Below, piece after piece: positions 42,292 to 57,091 of a stretch of 64,000 bases of DNA. Position 1 is the first letter of the stretch. Each line of letters opens with the position of its first letter. The notes beneath the pieces were generated by a model that made no database searches, had not been told where the DNA came from, and worked only from the letters and a program-made list of their open reading frames with translations. Origin of the DNA: Eledone cirrhosa (taxonomy: Eukaryota); the NCBI GenBank assembly GCA_964016885.1, contig OZ024743.1, positions 177,878,001 through 177,942,000 of the forward strand. Direction: 5' to 3'. Position numbers and translations under genes: made by a program.

Positions 42292-42804
42292 CTAGCAGTA
42301 GTACCCGGCATTGCACGGTATAGGGTATTGTGAAATATATAACCGCCTTAGCTAAGCTAAGTATTGCCACAACCACGGCTGGCAAAGAAGTAAGGGTCTG
42401 ATGGTGGTACGTAAGTAAGCAACACTGTGGCTTAAAAACGTGAGGAAGAAGTTGTGTGCAATTACCAACTGTTTGGGGAATGAGTGTGAGATTTGTCTTG
42501 AGCAAGGGTGGCAGAATAACCGGATGCAGCAGACAGCCAGACATACAGACAGATATTATAAGGGCGCGAAGTTATATGTATGTATCTATCTAAAAAGAGA
42601 AAGACTAAGAATTATAGAGAGAGATCGCTAAATCGCCTAATGCGGTCCCTAGGACATTGAAAGTTTGAAATCGTTTTTACTCAGAACACTCCCTGAAACA
42701 TAAGTATTACATGTATAAAGTTTGAAAACGGTGGGTTGGGTGCTTCTCTAGTTTTAGGGATTCAAACTCACACACACACACATCCTTAGTTTTATATATA
42801 TAGT
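42292..42804 (-). mobile_element. Non-autonomous Helitron, related family
   Basis: CTAG end with hairpin CCGTGCAATGCCGG. (CA)n near the other end. A|T insertion site with no TSD. Confidence 0.75.
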
Positions 42805-43629
42805 TTACAAACAACGAAAGAGATTATAGATATCTCTCGCTGTCTGTCATGGTTTATTAGCTCTATACGAACGTTTAAACTGATTAAATATATAAATAAT
42901 TACAAACAACAAAAGAGATTATACGCCTACATCCATTTATTTACGTAAGTATTTATTTAATTACCTATTTTTATGCTCATTTTCAATTTCATATTTATTT
43001 ATATTTTATCCTTATTTAATGTCATTCTCCGTCTTAATGTGTTTAACTACTGAGAGCTACACCAGACATTTATAGCAGAGATATCGACTGGCTTATATGT
43101 AGACAAGATAGGAATTATAATTGTGAGCGTCATAGAATTTGATGAGCATATCGAAGCAGAATCGATACGCAGTTTACTGAACTGTTACCTAACGATTAAT
43201 ATATGTGCTTTACAAATTTTGACTATTTGGAAAAATATATGTTACTCATTGTTATGACTAAAATATCATGAATTGATACTTCGATCTGGCATTCTTGATA
43301 TAAAGGTGTCGCAAGTAACAGATAGTGATACAGCCACCAGATAAGTTGTGATATAAGCAGGCTCGTGTCGGACCAACTGCAGTAAACTACTATAGGAGAT
43401 TGAGCAATGGGTAACATAGTTAGCCCCTAAGAGAGGTCACATACCTCAGTGGTGTAGGTACGACGAGATGAATAAAGGTTGACTGGCGCGAATAAAACCA
43501 TCAGATAATACTCAGTTATACAAGTATTGTCACAATAATCCATGATGTTCAGATATCCCGTTTGTAATATTTTTATGACATTCCATCACTGCAACGAATG
43601 TAGGCCTGGACTCCGACTTCTTGGCATCA

Positions 43630-43865
43630 TATAAACATTATACGTATGAGGGTTGTTGATTGGCACAATCGGTAGAGCACCGGACACTCTGCTTTGCAGC
43701 ATAGAATTACAGTTCTTTACATTCTGAGTTCAAATCCCGCCGAAGTTAACTTTGCCTTCCATCTTTACGAGGTCGATAAAATAAAGCACCAGTAATGTAT
43801 TGGGGTTGATTTCATCGACTTTCCCTTCCTAAAATTGTTGACCTTGTGGCTAAGTTAGAAAGCAG
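43630..43865 (+). mobile_element. SINE copy
   Basis: TGGCACAATCGGTAGAGC...GAGTTCAAATCCCGCCGA...GGTCGATAAAATAAAG. Confidence 0.88.
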
Positions 43866-44217
43866 TATATGTATTGCAGCAGCTATTGGTGTGATACACG
43901 AATTTACGCCATTGAAATACCGCCACATCCATAGATTCATCACGTCGTAAGATGCATTATATGTAGGAGCAGTCGGGGTTCCCCAGGCACATGTGCTGAT
44001 GTCTCCAATGTTTGAACATTGTCAGATTCTGGGATTCGGGTCTTGGACTTGCATTATGGTGGTGGATAAAAAGGTCGGTCACATCCGTGCATATGGGAGG
44101 GTGTAGACTTGCAGAAATGATTGAGTTGGTGTTGAGATGGCTATCATTGACACGATGAAGTATTCATCAAGTGTGTATATACAAGGTGTCCCAAAAATGT
44201 ATACACAGTTCGAATCA

Positions 44218-44284
<67 letters not shown>

Positions 44285-44286
<2 letters not shown>

Positions 44287-45898
44287 TATTAATGTATAAG
44301 GGAACAAAGTATCAATGTTGTATCATATACATATTTAATTACATATTACATGTTTCACTGTCGATCAGCTCGAGGAATGTACTATTGATGATTGAAGCTG
44401 ACCCTAGAATCGGAAGCTCCTCAGATATTTTTCAACACGTAGATTCACGTCTGAGAGAGGGAAGATAATACGTCATTATTTGGAGCGGTGAAAACAATTA
44501 CACGCAAAGACAAAACCATGTTTATGGTATAAATGAAGTCGTTGACTAATATTCTATTAGGTGGTTCCGGGAGACGTTCCCTGGCAATGAACGAAAAAAA
44601 ACGAAGATAATACGTCATTATGTAGAGCGATGAGAACAATTACACGCAAAGACAAAACCACGTTTATGGTATAACTGAAGTCGTAGACTAACATTCTATT
44701 TAGGAAACCGAATGATTCTTGGCTTCAGAGTTAAGAATAATGTAAATAAATTACAGAGGTTATTGAAATCAACAATAATTAAATATATACATCCACGCAT
44801 CCATATACACATGCATACACGAAAACACGCGCCAAGGGTATGCAAATAGAGGCACGTACACAAAACACGCGCATACATACAAAAACCCACGCAACGCCTG
44901 TATCCGCACACATACGAACGTATACACCAAATACACATAAACCTATATAAAAAATATATTAAAAAAATACATATACACGTGTGTATGTGTGTGCGCGTAT
45001 ACATATAATTATATAAACGTATATAAATATACACACATAAATACGTATATAACGCGTACACACACACACACACCTACAAGTAAATACACATATGTTCGCT
45101 AAACATACGTCAACCAAAATACAAAGTACACATATATACACACACTACATACGTCCAAATCCCCATACACACACAAACGCAAAACTCACGTATACACATA
45201 ACCATATACACATGTACCAGTATATATAATATAATATATATACGCATATAACAAATGCAAGCAAATACATGTACGAGAAAGTATACGTACCTTCACAAAA
45301 CATACAAGTAATATATACTTACCTATACAAATAAGTAATGGTATAAACATAACATATACTTAGCTACCACATCAAGACGTAAATTATCCGCGTATAGTTC
45401 GTACTATCCTTTAAGTTATAAAGTGGGGCTGTAATACAGGAAAGTTTTGTGCAATTTATGTTTACAAGCCAAAATTGCCTCAGATTTTTTGTTTAAGATG
45501 TGGTCTTTGGCGTAGAGTATTACCAGGGCTTCAGCGACGCAGAGGTCACATGGTCTTTTATTTCCGTTATACGATCTAGCTTTAGCTAGGATCTCCCAGT
45601 GTAACCTATATTGGGTGTGGATGTCTTTTAGACACCAGATATAAGCTGAAAGTGACGTCATATTCCTTCTTAAAGGGTTAAGAAAAGAATGGGTATGCAT
45701 GTAAAGACGCTGCTTGAATTTATTGGTGGTTAACCTTATGTAGGCCCTACGGGACGTGGGTGTCTCAACCTTACATTTGTAGACAATGTTACTTGAGAGG
45801 CATTTCCCGGATAGGGAGCAGTCAACCCGTTTCCTACAAATACAGTTAGTACTAGCTACAGGGTTGCACGTGTTACTACGACTAGTTAATTTAGCTAA
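44285..45898 (-). mobile_element. 5'-truncated Hydra-like PLE: GIY-YIG fragment (45416-45898), 3' UTR and pseudo-LTR ending in (TA)n
   Basis: CICRKRVDCSLSGKC...NIVYKC...YIRLT...FKQRLYMH...CDLC..E...LNKKSE...CKH. Confidence 0.88.
44341..44430 (-). ncRNA. Type I hammerhead, canonical core, expanded stem II
   Basis: aaatat-CTGAGGA-gct[...gtcagct/agctgat...]agt-GAAA-catg-TA-atatgt, with palindromic stem III ACATGT. Confidence 0.7.
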
Positions 45899-46613
<715 letters not shown>

Positions 46614-46614
46614 G

Positions 46615-48992
46615 AAACGGTTGTATGCTAAAATATTACTTGTGTGAGAACAATTTACGATGTCTCAACGCCATATTCCAAAAAAGACCAGGCCAGCGGT
46701 GGACACACAAATTTCCAAATGGCGACAAGACACAACTGGATTATAACATAATCAATCGAAAATGGAAGAACAGCGCAAAAAACTGCAGAGCATATGATTC
46801 ATTTGTTAGTTTTGACTCGGATCATCGCATTGTCTCGGCCAAGATACGATTAACTCTCCGAGTGAATAAAAAGAAATATGCAAATGCTACTCCCTACAAC
46901 TGGGCAGTTCTGAATACCAATCCTGAGACTTACAAAACCTTTGTAACCCAACTGAGCAACCGATTTGCTGCCCTACAAGACTCTGCGCCAACAAAATCGT
47001 CAAATTCTACATTTAACCACTTTCAAATGGCATTCAAAGAGGCAGCGGCCGACACCATCCCTTTAAAACTCAAGGTTAAAAAACGAAAACCCTGGGAAAC
47101 AGAGAGGATATGCCAAAAGCGCAAAGAGTTGCGTAAAGCTGCAGAATTGAAAGACACTCAACGATCTCCAGAAAACATTAGTAACTTCAATGCTGCTTGT
47201 ACAACACTGAAAGGTGAGTATGAAATTGAGCAAGCCGAATACATGCAGAAAAAGATCAATCATATCTCAAGTACTGTCAGCAATAAGAGGTCTGCTGAAG
47301 CCTGGAAAACTGTCAATGAAATTAGTGGCAGAAAAAAGTAGTGACAGAGCCAAACTGAAAATCTCCAACCAAGACGAACGTTTAAAACTGTGGCAACAAC
47401 ATTTTCAGAAACTACTTGGCAAAGCACCACAGATCATCGAAGAAGAAATAATACCCGTTTTTACAGAGGAACACCAAATACAGAAAGGTCCATTTCACTA
47501 TGGAGAAACGACAGAAAACAGTGAAAAGTATTGGTAACGGAAAAGCGTGCGGACTCGACGAGATCCCAGCTGAAGTGTGGAAGGTACCTGAATTTCACCC
47601 AATCCTACTAGAATTGTGTAATGGTGTCTATAATCAAGACCCCATAGACAAATGGACTGAGGGATGTATCCTCCCTTTTCCCAAAAAGGGCGATCTTGGA
47701 ATGGCTAAAAACTACCGTGGCATAACACTAATGGCAATTGCCGCAAAGATATACAATCTCATGTTGCTTGACAGAATAAGACCTGTCATTGACCCCTTGC
47801 TGAGAAAAAACCAAAATGGCTTCCGCACCAACAGATCAACATCAGGGCAAATACTTACTATTCGGCGTATCTTGGAAGGCGTAAAAGCCCAAAACCTCCC
47901 AGCAACTCTCCTGTTTATTGACTTTTCAAAAGCATTCGATTCCATCCATCGTGGGAGGATGAGAGAGATAGTTCTAGCCTACGGCTTGCCAAAGGAAACA
48001 GTAAATGCCATCATGATATTATATAAAAGCATCCGCGCAATGGTGCGCTCACCTGATGGAGATACAACTTCTTTGACATCATTGCAGGAGTACTCCAAGG
48101 GTGCATCATATATTTTTATCACCTGCCTCGACTATGTATTGAGAAAAGCCCTGGACGAAAACTTATAGCTTGGTTTCACTCTCACAAAGCGGAAGCGTAG
48201 ACGCCATGCAGCTCAGAAAATCACCGATGCTGACTATGCGGATGATTTAGCGGTCCTCGCTGACTACCTTAAGGATGCAACATCACTACTTCACAGCATC
48301 GAATCAGTTGCAAAGGAAATCGGACTCTATGTCAACGCAGGCAAAACAGAATATATTTGCCTGAACCAAGACTCCTCAGTTGGTATGCGAACTCTAAACG
48401 GCGATATAATCAAGCAAGTTAATGACTTCAAATACTTAGGTGCTATATAGCCTCCACAGAACATGATGTTAACATTAGTCTGGGAAAAGCCTGGGGAGCA
48501 TTGAATGCAATGGAAAACATATGGAAATCAAACCTGCCGGCCAAACTGAAAAGGAATTTTTTCAGAGCTGCTGTGGAATCTGTGCTTGTTTATGGCTCTG
48601 TCACTTGGACGCTAACGTCAAAACTCGAGAAAAAGCTAGACGGGGCATACACACGTATGCTCCGTGCTGCTGTAAACGTATCTTGGAGGGAACACCCAAC
48701 AAATAAGGATCTCTATGGCAATATACCACCTATCAGCAGGTCAATACGTAAACAGAGACTCAGATTTGCTGGCCACTGTTGGCGCAGCAAGGAAGAAATA
48801 GCAGGCGATGTATTGTTATGGAGTCCATCTAATGGAGCAAAATACTCTGGTCGTACCAAGAAGATATACGTCAAGCAACTTGAGAACGATACTGGATGCA
48901 CTGCGGAAGAACTGGCAAACGCTATGAGAGACAGATATGGATGGAGGAAATGTGTCGCAGAAGGCTGAGCAAGCTCGACCTGATGATGATGA
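46615..48992 (+). mobile_element. RTE-clade LINE, 5'-truncated (end of APE + RT), frameshifted, (TGA)n tail
   Basis: QLDY...SDHRIV, GKACGLDEIPAE, PKKGDL...NYRGITL, QNGFR, FIDFSKAFDSI, DYADDL, FKYLG, RLRFAGHCWR. Confidence 0.95.
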
Positions 48993-49072
48993 TTATATAT
49001 ATATATATATATGTATATATATAGTAATAATAATAAATGTGAAGACTAAAATCCGAAGAGGGCTCGATTTAT

Positions 49073-49206
49073 TAAAATGACAGATTAAAGTTTAAGCAAA
49101 CAAACGCTGTTTTCACTCTTAACGGTATCTTCTGAAACTGTGTCAGAAGATCCCGTTAACGGTGAAAGCAGCGATTTTTTGCTTAAACTTTAATCTGTTA
49201 TTTCAA
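49073..49206. ncRNA. Fold-back made of two head-to-head CAGAAGA-core HHR-like motifs (49089-49139 minus, 49140-49189 plus)
   Basis: Plus arm CAGAAGA-tc-ccg(ttaa)cgg-t-GAAA-gca...tgc-TT-aaact. Minus arm agttt-CAGAAGA...GAAA...TT-aaact. Confidence 0.6.
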
Positions 49207-49239
49207 TAAATATATGTGTGTGTGGAGAGAGAGAAAGAA

Positions 49240-49327
<88 letters not shown>

Positions 49328-49765
49328 TGGAAAAAGAATCTACACCAGTACTAGATTGGTACATTTTTATCGACCACGAATGAATGAGAGGCAAAGTTGA
49401 CCTCGGCGAGATTTTGACCTCAGATGTCAGAAAGCCAGAACTAACACCACAAAGCATTCTATCCAACGTTCTAACCACTCTGCAAATTCACAGTCTTTTA
49501 TGGCTGTCGGCAGGCTCATATATGTAATGAAAGTAAACTAAATTATTTGTTAACTCGATATTTGCACTCATTTGTAATTTCTATGCATTAATTATAGCTT
49601 TAAAAAGAATAAGAAATATGTAATTATTTCAGTGAGTTTGCCGTCTAAATCTGTTCATTAAATTTAATGAATGTAAGCATGAGATGTTTAACTGAAACAT
49701 ATTTAATTGAGATTTATTCTCTTGTTGCACCTTACCTACCTTCTAGACTTATTGCTGTTGATGTA
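49161..49765. repeat. Right copy of the duplication flanking the RTE
   Basis: See 45899-46613. Confidence 0.92.
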
Positions 49766-50181
49766 GTAGTAGTGGTGGTGGTACTAATGGTGGTGGTGAT
49801 GGCGGTGTCGGTGGCGGTGGTGGGGGTAGTAGTAGTAGTAACAATAATATATATGAATGCCATAAATGAGAGGAAAAGGATAAGAAGAGCAATGACTACT
49901 AGTCAAAGGAAGAAAGAAAGGGGGAAGATGGGAAAGGTTGACAGACTCTACACTTAAATCAGGGCGGTGTTTCGGCTGTACCCCACGGACAAACGCATGC
50001 TGCAACATCCATCCCACCTCGCGGGGATCCTTCCTCAGACGGGATGCTGTCGATCCGATTTTATGGAGGGAGGAAGTCAGCTGTTTTGGGTTCCGAGGAC
50101 GTCGGAGGTCTCGATGGCAACCGGTGCAGAGAGAAAGCAGTCGGTTAGAATTCTATTGATATATATGTATTATTTTGTTGT

Positions 50182-50362
50182 CGCAGTATCGGTAGAGGGT
50201 CGGGCGCCATGATTTTCAACAAAGAGTTACGGCCCTTTATGGTCTGAGTTCAAATCCCGCCGAGGTTAACTTTGCCTTTCATCCCTACGGTGTCGATGAA
50301 AAAAAGTACCAGTTATACGCTGGGAAAATTGCTGGCCTTGTGCCAAAAGTAGAAACAATTAT
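50182..50362 (+). mobile_element. SINE copy with TSD
   Basis: SINE core, flanked by ATTATTTTGTTGT. Confidence 0.9.
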
Positions 50363-50803
50363 TTTGTTGTTGCTATTGTTTTAGGTGTTAGTGGCACATA
50401 CTGCTCCTCCTGTTGATGATGATGATGATGATGATGTCGTTTATCTTATAGATATTATTTATTAGCTCCAGCAAAGACCCAATCCAGCATACCTATGATC
50501 AAACGCATTTTTGCCGCAATCATCACGTTTTTCGTTTCAGATTTCTCCGGTTTATACCCTTCAAAAATTTTTTTTTTCGTTCAGCAGTACCATCGGTAAG
50601 GGTTGAAACTGCCAAAGTCCATCTTGACGGCTAAAGACCTTGGAGTTTTGTGTCTTTCGTTTGTTTTTGTTTTCTTTATTTTAAACATATTGTAAGGTTT
50701 CCCCTTCAAAAGTTTTCTTTTTTTCGTTGTCTTGTTTTCGTTCGTTGTATTCTCTTTGTTAATTTTCCTAATTTTATCATGATATACTAACCAGACAAGA
50801 ACA

Positions 50804-50908
50804 TAAATCCACATCAAGGTTCATTGCTCGCAAAAATATCTTGTTTTGATTTTGCTGCAAAATCAAAACAAGATATTTTTGCGAGCAATGAACCTTGATG
50901 TGGATTTA
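50804..50908. repeat. Perfect palindrome, 52-bp arms, 1-nt centre
   Basis: TAAATCCACATC...GATTTTGC-t-GCAAAATC...GATGTGGATTTA. Confidence 0.95.
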
Positions 50909-50958
50909 ACCCCAAAAACTCTTTCCGAGCAATATAAGGAACACTTATGATTATTTAT

Positions 50959-50998
50959 GCCCTTCAGAAGCCCAACTGGGCGAAACGTACGTAGGTGC
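50959..50998 (+). ncRNA. Decayed minimal hammerhead (core TTCAGAA)
   Basis: gccc-TTCAGAA-gccc(aact)gggc-GAAA-cgtacg-TA-ggtgc, then AATAAA. G5 is lost. Confidence 0.5.
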
Positions 50999-51277
50999 TG
51001 TTTTAAATAAACATGTTTTAACGGTCTATTCTCCGATTTTTTACTTTCCCACGTGCTTACGCTCTGCTAACTCTCTAGCCCACTAAATATTAACACTTCG
51101 AATATTTAATACTGCCGACACTAGTATCGAGCACCTTTGGCATACGCTACTTCGCAAATAATTATATGTATCACCTATCCCCCCTTTTTTTCCTCTTTCT
51201 CGATACGTAAATACTATATACATATATATATATATATACACACATATATTTATATATGTGTGTATATATGTATATAT

Positions 51278-51309
<32 letters not shown>

Positions 51310-51654
51310 GTACATATACACATATATATACATATAGCTATATATATGTGTGTGTATGTGTATAAATATATATATAAATATATATATAAATTTATATATA
51401 TAAGCATATATAAATAAATATGTATATATATATATATATATGTCTGTGTGTATATAAATATATATGTGTGTGCATGTATATATATATGTATGTGTGTATA
51501 ACGAGAGAGATGGGGTGGGGAAACATATTAGACAAAAATAGGAAAGGATGTTTTGTAAATGAACTAGCGCGTACATAGTTGTCCAGATCAATAGATTCGA
51601 TGTTGAGAAAGCCTATATATATTGTCTTAGTCAGAGATTGATAGATATGTATTC

Positions 51655-53000
51655 CGATGTGTTCTGTGTTGTATGTCAGTATATGTATTCATTAGTATAT
51701 ATGTGTGCACAATGATCAAACGCATTTTTGCCGCAATCATCACGTTTTTCGTTTCAGATTTCTCCAGTTTATACCCTTCGAAATATTTTTCTTTTCGTTC
51801 AGCAGTACCGTCGGTAAGGGTTGAAACTGCCAAAGTCCATCTTGACGGCTGAAGACCTTGGTGTTATGTGTCTTTCGTTTGTTTTTGTTTTCTTTATATG
51901 TTCTGTATTGTATGTTAGTATATATCTATGTATATATATGTGTTCCGTGTTGCATGACAGTATATGTATACACATTAGCGTCTGTATATGTATGTGTTCT
52001 GTGTTGTATGTCAGTATATATGTATATATATATGTCAGGTCACCAGTTGGTGCTACTGGTAACATGTATCCCAGTACAACCTGTTTCAATGGTCAGGTCG
52101 TTGGCGACTAAACTGGCAACCCCACCAAGGTTTATTGGTGAGGAGGGTGACTTTGGACATCCTGCAGGATTAAAAACAAAACCTGTCAAAGGGCAAAAGA
52201 GCTCTTAAGAGTCAATGGCCATCCAAAATCACCGGGAGAGATGACCCCTTAGCCTTTGTCAAGGCAGAATTCTAAGAGAAGGAAAGCTCTGATATAACAC
52301 CTGCAACCCTGATGGTATCCAATGATGTTGACTTGTTCTTCTTTTTGATAAATATCATCTTGGTTAAGAGAGTGGGACTGGCTTTGTGCAGTGCCTTTGC
52401 TCACTATAAAAGCTTCACGGCACAGATATTGCTTTATATCTGGAGATCTCTCTGCACTTGTCGTCACATGGTACCATGCGCCCAGCACTATGTGTTAATA
52501 ATTGTCACAAGTGTAGTGTTTGTACCAGAGTCTTCAAGTCGCTAGCTGGACTAAAAAGTCACACTTGTTCAACGCATCGGTAGGGGTTCTCCTACATGGG
52601 TATAAAGTAGTGGCCGTACTCGAAAACGAGTTGGCAGCCATATATATATGTATGTGTTCTGTGTTGTATATTAGTATATATGAACACATTAGCGTATGTA
52701 GATGTATGTGGTTTGTGTTGTATGTCAGTATATGTCTGCACATTACGGTCTGTATATGTATGTGTTCTGTGTTTTATGTTAGTATATATATGTATATATG
52801 TATGTATATGTGTCTTCTGTGTTGTATATTAGTATATATGAACACATTAGCGTATGTATGTGTTCTGTGTTTTATATAAGTATATATGTATGTATATGTA
52901 TGAGTTCTGTGTTGTATGTCAGTATATATGAACACATTAGCGTATGTATATGTATGTGTTCTCTGTTTTATGTCAGTATATGAGTGCATATTAGCGTATG
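51655..53000. repeat. Degenerate 40-55-bp minisatellite (TATGTGTTCTGTGTTGTATGTCAGTATAT...), interrupted by two insertions
   Basis: Recurrent motif. Inserts at 51712-51897 (duplicate of 50495-50680) and 52036-52640. Confidence 0.8.
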
Positions 53001-53258
53001 TACATGTACAATTATATATATTATGTCTTCTGCTTCCATAAGTATATGTGGCTATTTATTTGCTTGCCTATACTTGAACAAAATCATTCTGGATGGTGTT
53101 TGTATATAGAATACAGACAGATACAAATATTAAACACATACACACATACACACACGCATATACATACACACAAACACACACACATATATATATATATATA
53201 TTTATATATATATGTGTGTGTTTGTGTGTATGTATATGCGTATATATATATATTTAAA

Positions 53259-53334
53259 CAGGGTGTCCCAAAAAATGTATACACACTTCAACAGCATGCT
53301 AATAAATGTGTATATATTTTTAGGGGACACCCTG
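53259..53334. mobile_element. Tiny Tc1/mariner-like MITE
   Basis: TIRs CAGGGTGTCCC / GGGACACCCTG. Solo half-copy at about 44182. Confidence 0.7.
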
Positions 53335-53336
53335 TG

Positions 53337-53379
<43 letters not shown>

Positions 53380-53385
<6 letters not shown>

Positions 53386-53762
53386 ATATTTGGGGAGGGT
53401 CATATTTGCGTAATATTGCCAGAATTAATAACAGAACACACTCACTGTTTGGTTGGTTTTCGCTTCTCGCTGTCTTTTATATATATATATCTGCGATCTA
53501 ACTTACTCGGTCCTCAATGTTGCCATTGACTGACCGGCGGTCAAAAATAATACAGATACAATATAGACAAACACATATATATATAGTTTACATAAATCTT
53601 TCGTTGCACATCTGCAACATCGTCAGTGGTGTTATATTCATTGTTCCTCCTGTTGTGTTGTATGTCTACGCCATTTTTTTTTGTTCAGTCCCCAAATATA
53701 ACAATATCTGTTTCGACACACGATTTCATATAAAAAACCTCGCAAAACTAATTCATCGCCGC
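53380..53762 (-). mobile_element. Pseudo-LTR fragment of the 18.8-22.8 kb PLE family with short inversion; HHR remnant (CTGACGA) at 53590-53630
   Basis: Matches 18893-19180. 53690-53762 is inverted relative to 18835-18910. (TA)n flanks. Confidence 0.85.
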
Positions 53763-53969
53763 TATATATATATATATATATACATATATATTTATATACA
53801 TATATATATATATACAAGATTTGTTTAGGTTTTTAATATAATGAAATATTAGGATCTATAAATCGGGCTGTTATTTTTCGTGATGTTTCCTTTATATTCG
53901 GCTCTCTAATTAAATGTATGTATTAATCAATATATCAATCTATTTCTGATATATATATATATATATATG

Positions 53970-54152
<183 letters not shown>

Positions 54153-54185
54153 GTATATATGTATATATATATATGTATATATATG

Positions 54186-54225
<40 letters not shown>

Positions 54226-54309
54226 TATGTGTGTGTACATATATATATATATATATGTGTGTATGTGTGTGTGTTATTGTTGGGTATTTATTTAACGGGT
54301 TGGAATCAA

Positions 54310-54745
54310 ACTAGTTATCTGCAAGTTTAGACGGTTTGAAGACAAAGAAGCCCACAGATTCACGTCGACCCACAGGACAAAGAAAGAAGAGGTGGTTAAT
54401 AAGGAAGTCGGGAAAGGTATGTAGATTCTATTGCATGCAAATTCAGAGAACTCCTTGATTAAACAAGAACCTTGAAACGGAGTGGAGATTGTTCAGCTCA
54501 GCAGTTTCTACTTCAGCTATCAAATGCTGAAGGCGAAAGGACCTTGGTGTGGCACCGGAGGTTGAAGATGCTACCCGAGCAAAGAAGGAGACTTACTAAG
54601 CTTGACTTGGAAATAAGTCCTCCTTCAAGTAGGCACGTAGAATCGGCCTTCACCTTACATTTCCATGTAAGTGACTCTGTATTTTATAGATCCGTTAATG
54701 CATTACGTAATTCTTACGGAGAATCGGCATTACATAACTGACACT
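54310..54745 (-). pseudogene. Probable decayed LINE fragment (Tx1/L1-like)
   Basis: Coding-like composition only; no clean motif. Confidence 0.35.
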
Positions 54746-56842
54746 TTTAGTTGCACACACACATGCATACACACCCATACACACATGTGTGTGTATAGGT
54801 GAAATCTGTGTGTATGTATGTTTGTATATCATATGTGTATGCATGTGTGTATGCATTTGTGTGCATGCATGTGTCTATGCTAGGGTGTGTATTCATGTAC
54901 GTCTGTGTGCATATATGTGTGTGTGTGCTTGTGTGTTTGTGCATGTGTGTGTAAGCATGTGTTTGTACGCATGTGTGTGTACATATGTTTATCTATGCAT
55001 GTGCGTGTACATATGTTTATCTAAGAAGAAGAAGAAGAAGAAGAAGAGAAAGTGTTTGTATATGCATGTGTATAGGCATGTGAGTATACATGTGTGTGTA
55101 TGCATGTGTATGTATAGATGTGTGTATATGCATGTGTGTGTAACCATGAGTGTCTGTGTGTGTATTATTCTAAATATTTCCATGTGTTCCATAATTGTTT
55201 TATTCTATTATTCTTTAAACAGAAAGATAGACATACTATCTTGCGGTATTTCTTTGGTTTCCTTGATGTTCTCAGCAGCCCCTCCCCCCATACAACTTTA
55301 GTATCTAGATATCCAGAGGCTGATAAATAATAACAGCCAAGTTCTTCAACTGATTTCATTGATTCGATCTTTTCTTCCCCACAGTTATATGTAGCTCTTT
55401 GTCCCTATTAGAAATGTTCATTTGTTCTGCAGAAAAGGAAATACACTGATTCACTTTGAAGTTATTTATCTTCAATATTTTCAGATTGAAAAATGTTGGT
55501 AATGCAAAAGCAGAGAATCATTAAAGACTTTGCGCTCCGACGTTGCGGTGAATATTTGACCTTCACCATTTCGGGGTTGATGAATAAAGCACTTGTTGAA
55601 GGGCGGTGGTTGATTAGATGAATTGTCAGAGCGTTGGACGGAATACTTTGCAGTATTTTTTTCGGTCTTTTACATTCTCAGTTCAAACATTGCGAGCTTG
55701 TCCAACCCACCTTTGGTTAGCTTCGATAGATACGCCCAAACATTATAATAGTTTCTGAGACTCAACTATAGTGAACTGAGAACTGCTCGGTAAAAAAATT
55801 AAATAAACGAGGCAACCTACTCGATGGTTTATATCGATGCGCTAGAAATAGCAGCCAAATCCCCCTTAAAATGACACCCTAACATCTGAAAAGATTACAT
55901 GACACATTGGATAATATAGATTTAGATACACCGTGTATGAAAAAAGAAGGATTGGTCATGATTAGAATCTAATTGATTATAAGCCTGTTCGATCAGAGCA
56001 GAATTGGAACAGAGCTACAGCAACAAAAACAATCACTTATGTTTTCTCAACTTCGATAAATAATTGTTCTGATAGATTAAATGTGTTATTGTATTTAGAT
56101 GTCTCTTTTTAAGTTCTAAGTTCTAAGCCCCTTGGGCTCGTTCGACTTTCATCCGTCCGGGCAGATAAAATAAGTAACCAACATGTACTGAAATTGATTC
56201 AGTAAACAAACTTTGGAAATATATATTCTTGTGCTGATATGAGAAATAATGTGAAATCGTTATTTACTGAGTAAATGTCATTAGCATAAGAATTGGCAGA
56301 GCATCAGACAAAATTCACAATATTTAGTTCCGTCTTAAATACACAGAATCTGTATAAAAGATGCGATGGTCACAACTGGAATATATTTAATCATAGCCCT
56401 GATCGGTTAAGAATTTATAAACAACAACAGTAATGATACAGTGGGTGATCAATAATGTTTCATTTTAAAGGAGAAGAATTGATGGTTATGGTCACAACTG
56501 GAACATATCTAATCATAGCCTTGATCGATTAAGAATTGATAAACAACTCAGTTGAAGGGAGAAGAATTGGTAGCAAAGTTTATTGCTGTTTCAAGGACAT
56601 AGATATTAGAGAAGAGGCAGGAAGGTCAGGTGGCATACGATGATAACATTTTTTATTGCAACAATAGAAGAAACAAGAGTTTATGGTTGAAGAGTGATGG
56701 TAATTGAATGTTTGATTATCAGCTATTTCTTGTGCATGCTTTGCAAGGAGCGGAGAAATCTTTGGTACTTAAGTATTTTCTGATTTTAATTAGGAAATTT
56801 CACGGTTGGAATACAGTTAATTTCTCAAAGTTAAAAGTTCAC

Positions 56843-57060
56843 AGTTCCGATATTATGGACATGTGGCTAAAATGCCTCAGTAAATAATCGCTGGACAGAT
56901 TTTAAAGGTAAAACCAATTGGCAGGAGACCGAGGGGTTAGAACCCGAACAAGATGGTTGGATAACATCCATGAGTTTAGTTGGTCTCGCTTGGGGGTCCA
57001 ATCGTATCAGTTAGAAACGGGAAGAAGAAGAAGAAGAAGAAGAAGAAGAAGAAGAAGAAG

Positions 57061-57089
<29 letters not shown>
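56843..57089 (+). mobile_element. RTE 3' fragment with (GAA)n tail, same family as 31240-32067
   Basis: CAGTTCCGATATTATGGACATGTGG...GATGGTTGGATAACATCCATGAG. Confidence 0.8.

Positions 57090-57091
<2 letters not shown>

Noticed and set aside
43230-44175. Coding-like segments as possible host exons
   Set aside because: Stops in the frames examined, no recognisable motif and no supported splice structure.
52036-52250. Possible HDV-like ribozyme in an RTE-like 5' UTR (ccagt...gg-tcg(ttgg)cga-CTAA-actgg)
   Set aside because: P2, P4 and J4/2 look plausible but I could not build P1 or P3. An Infernal/RNArobo search would be needed.
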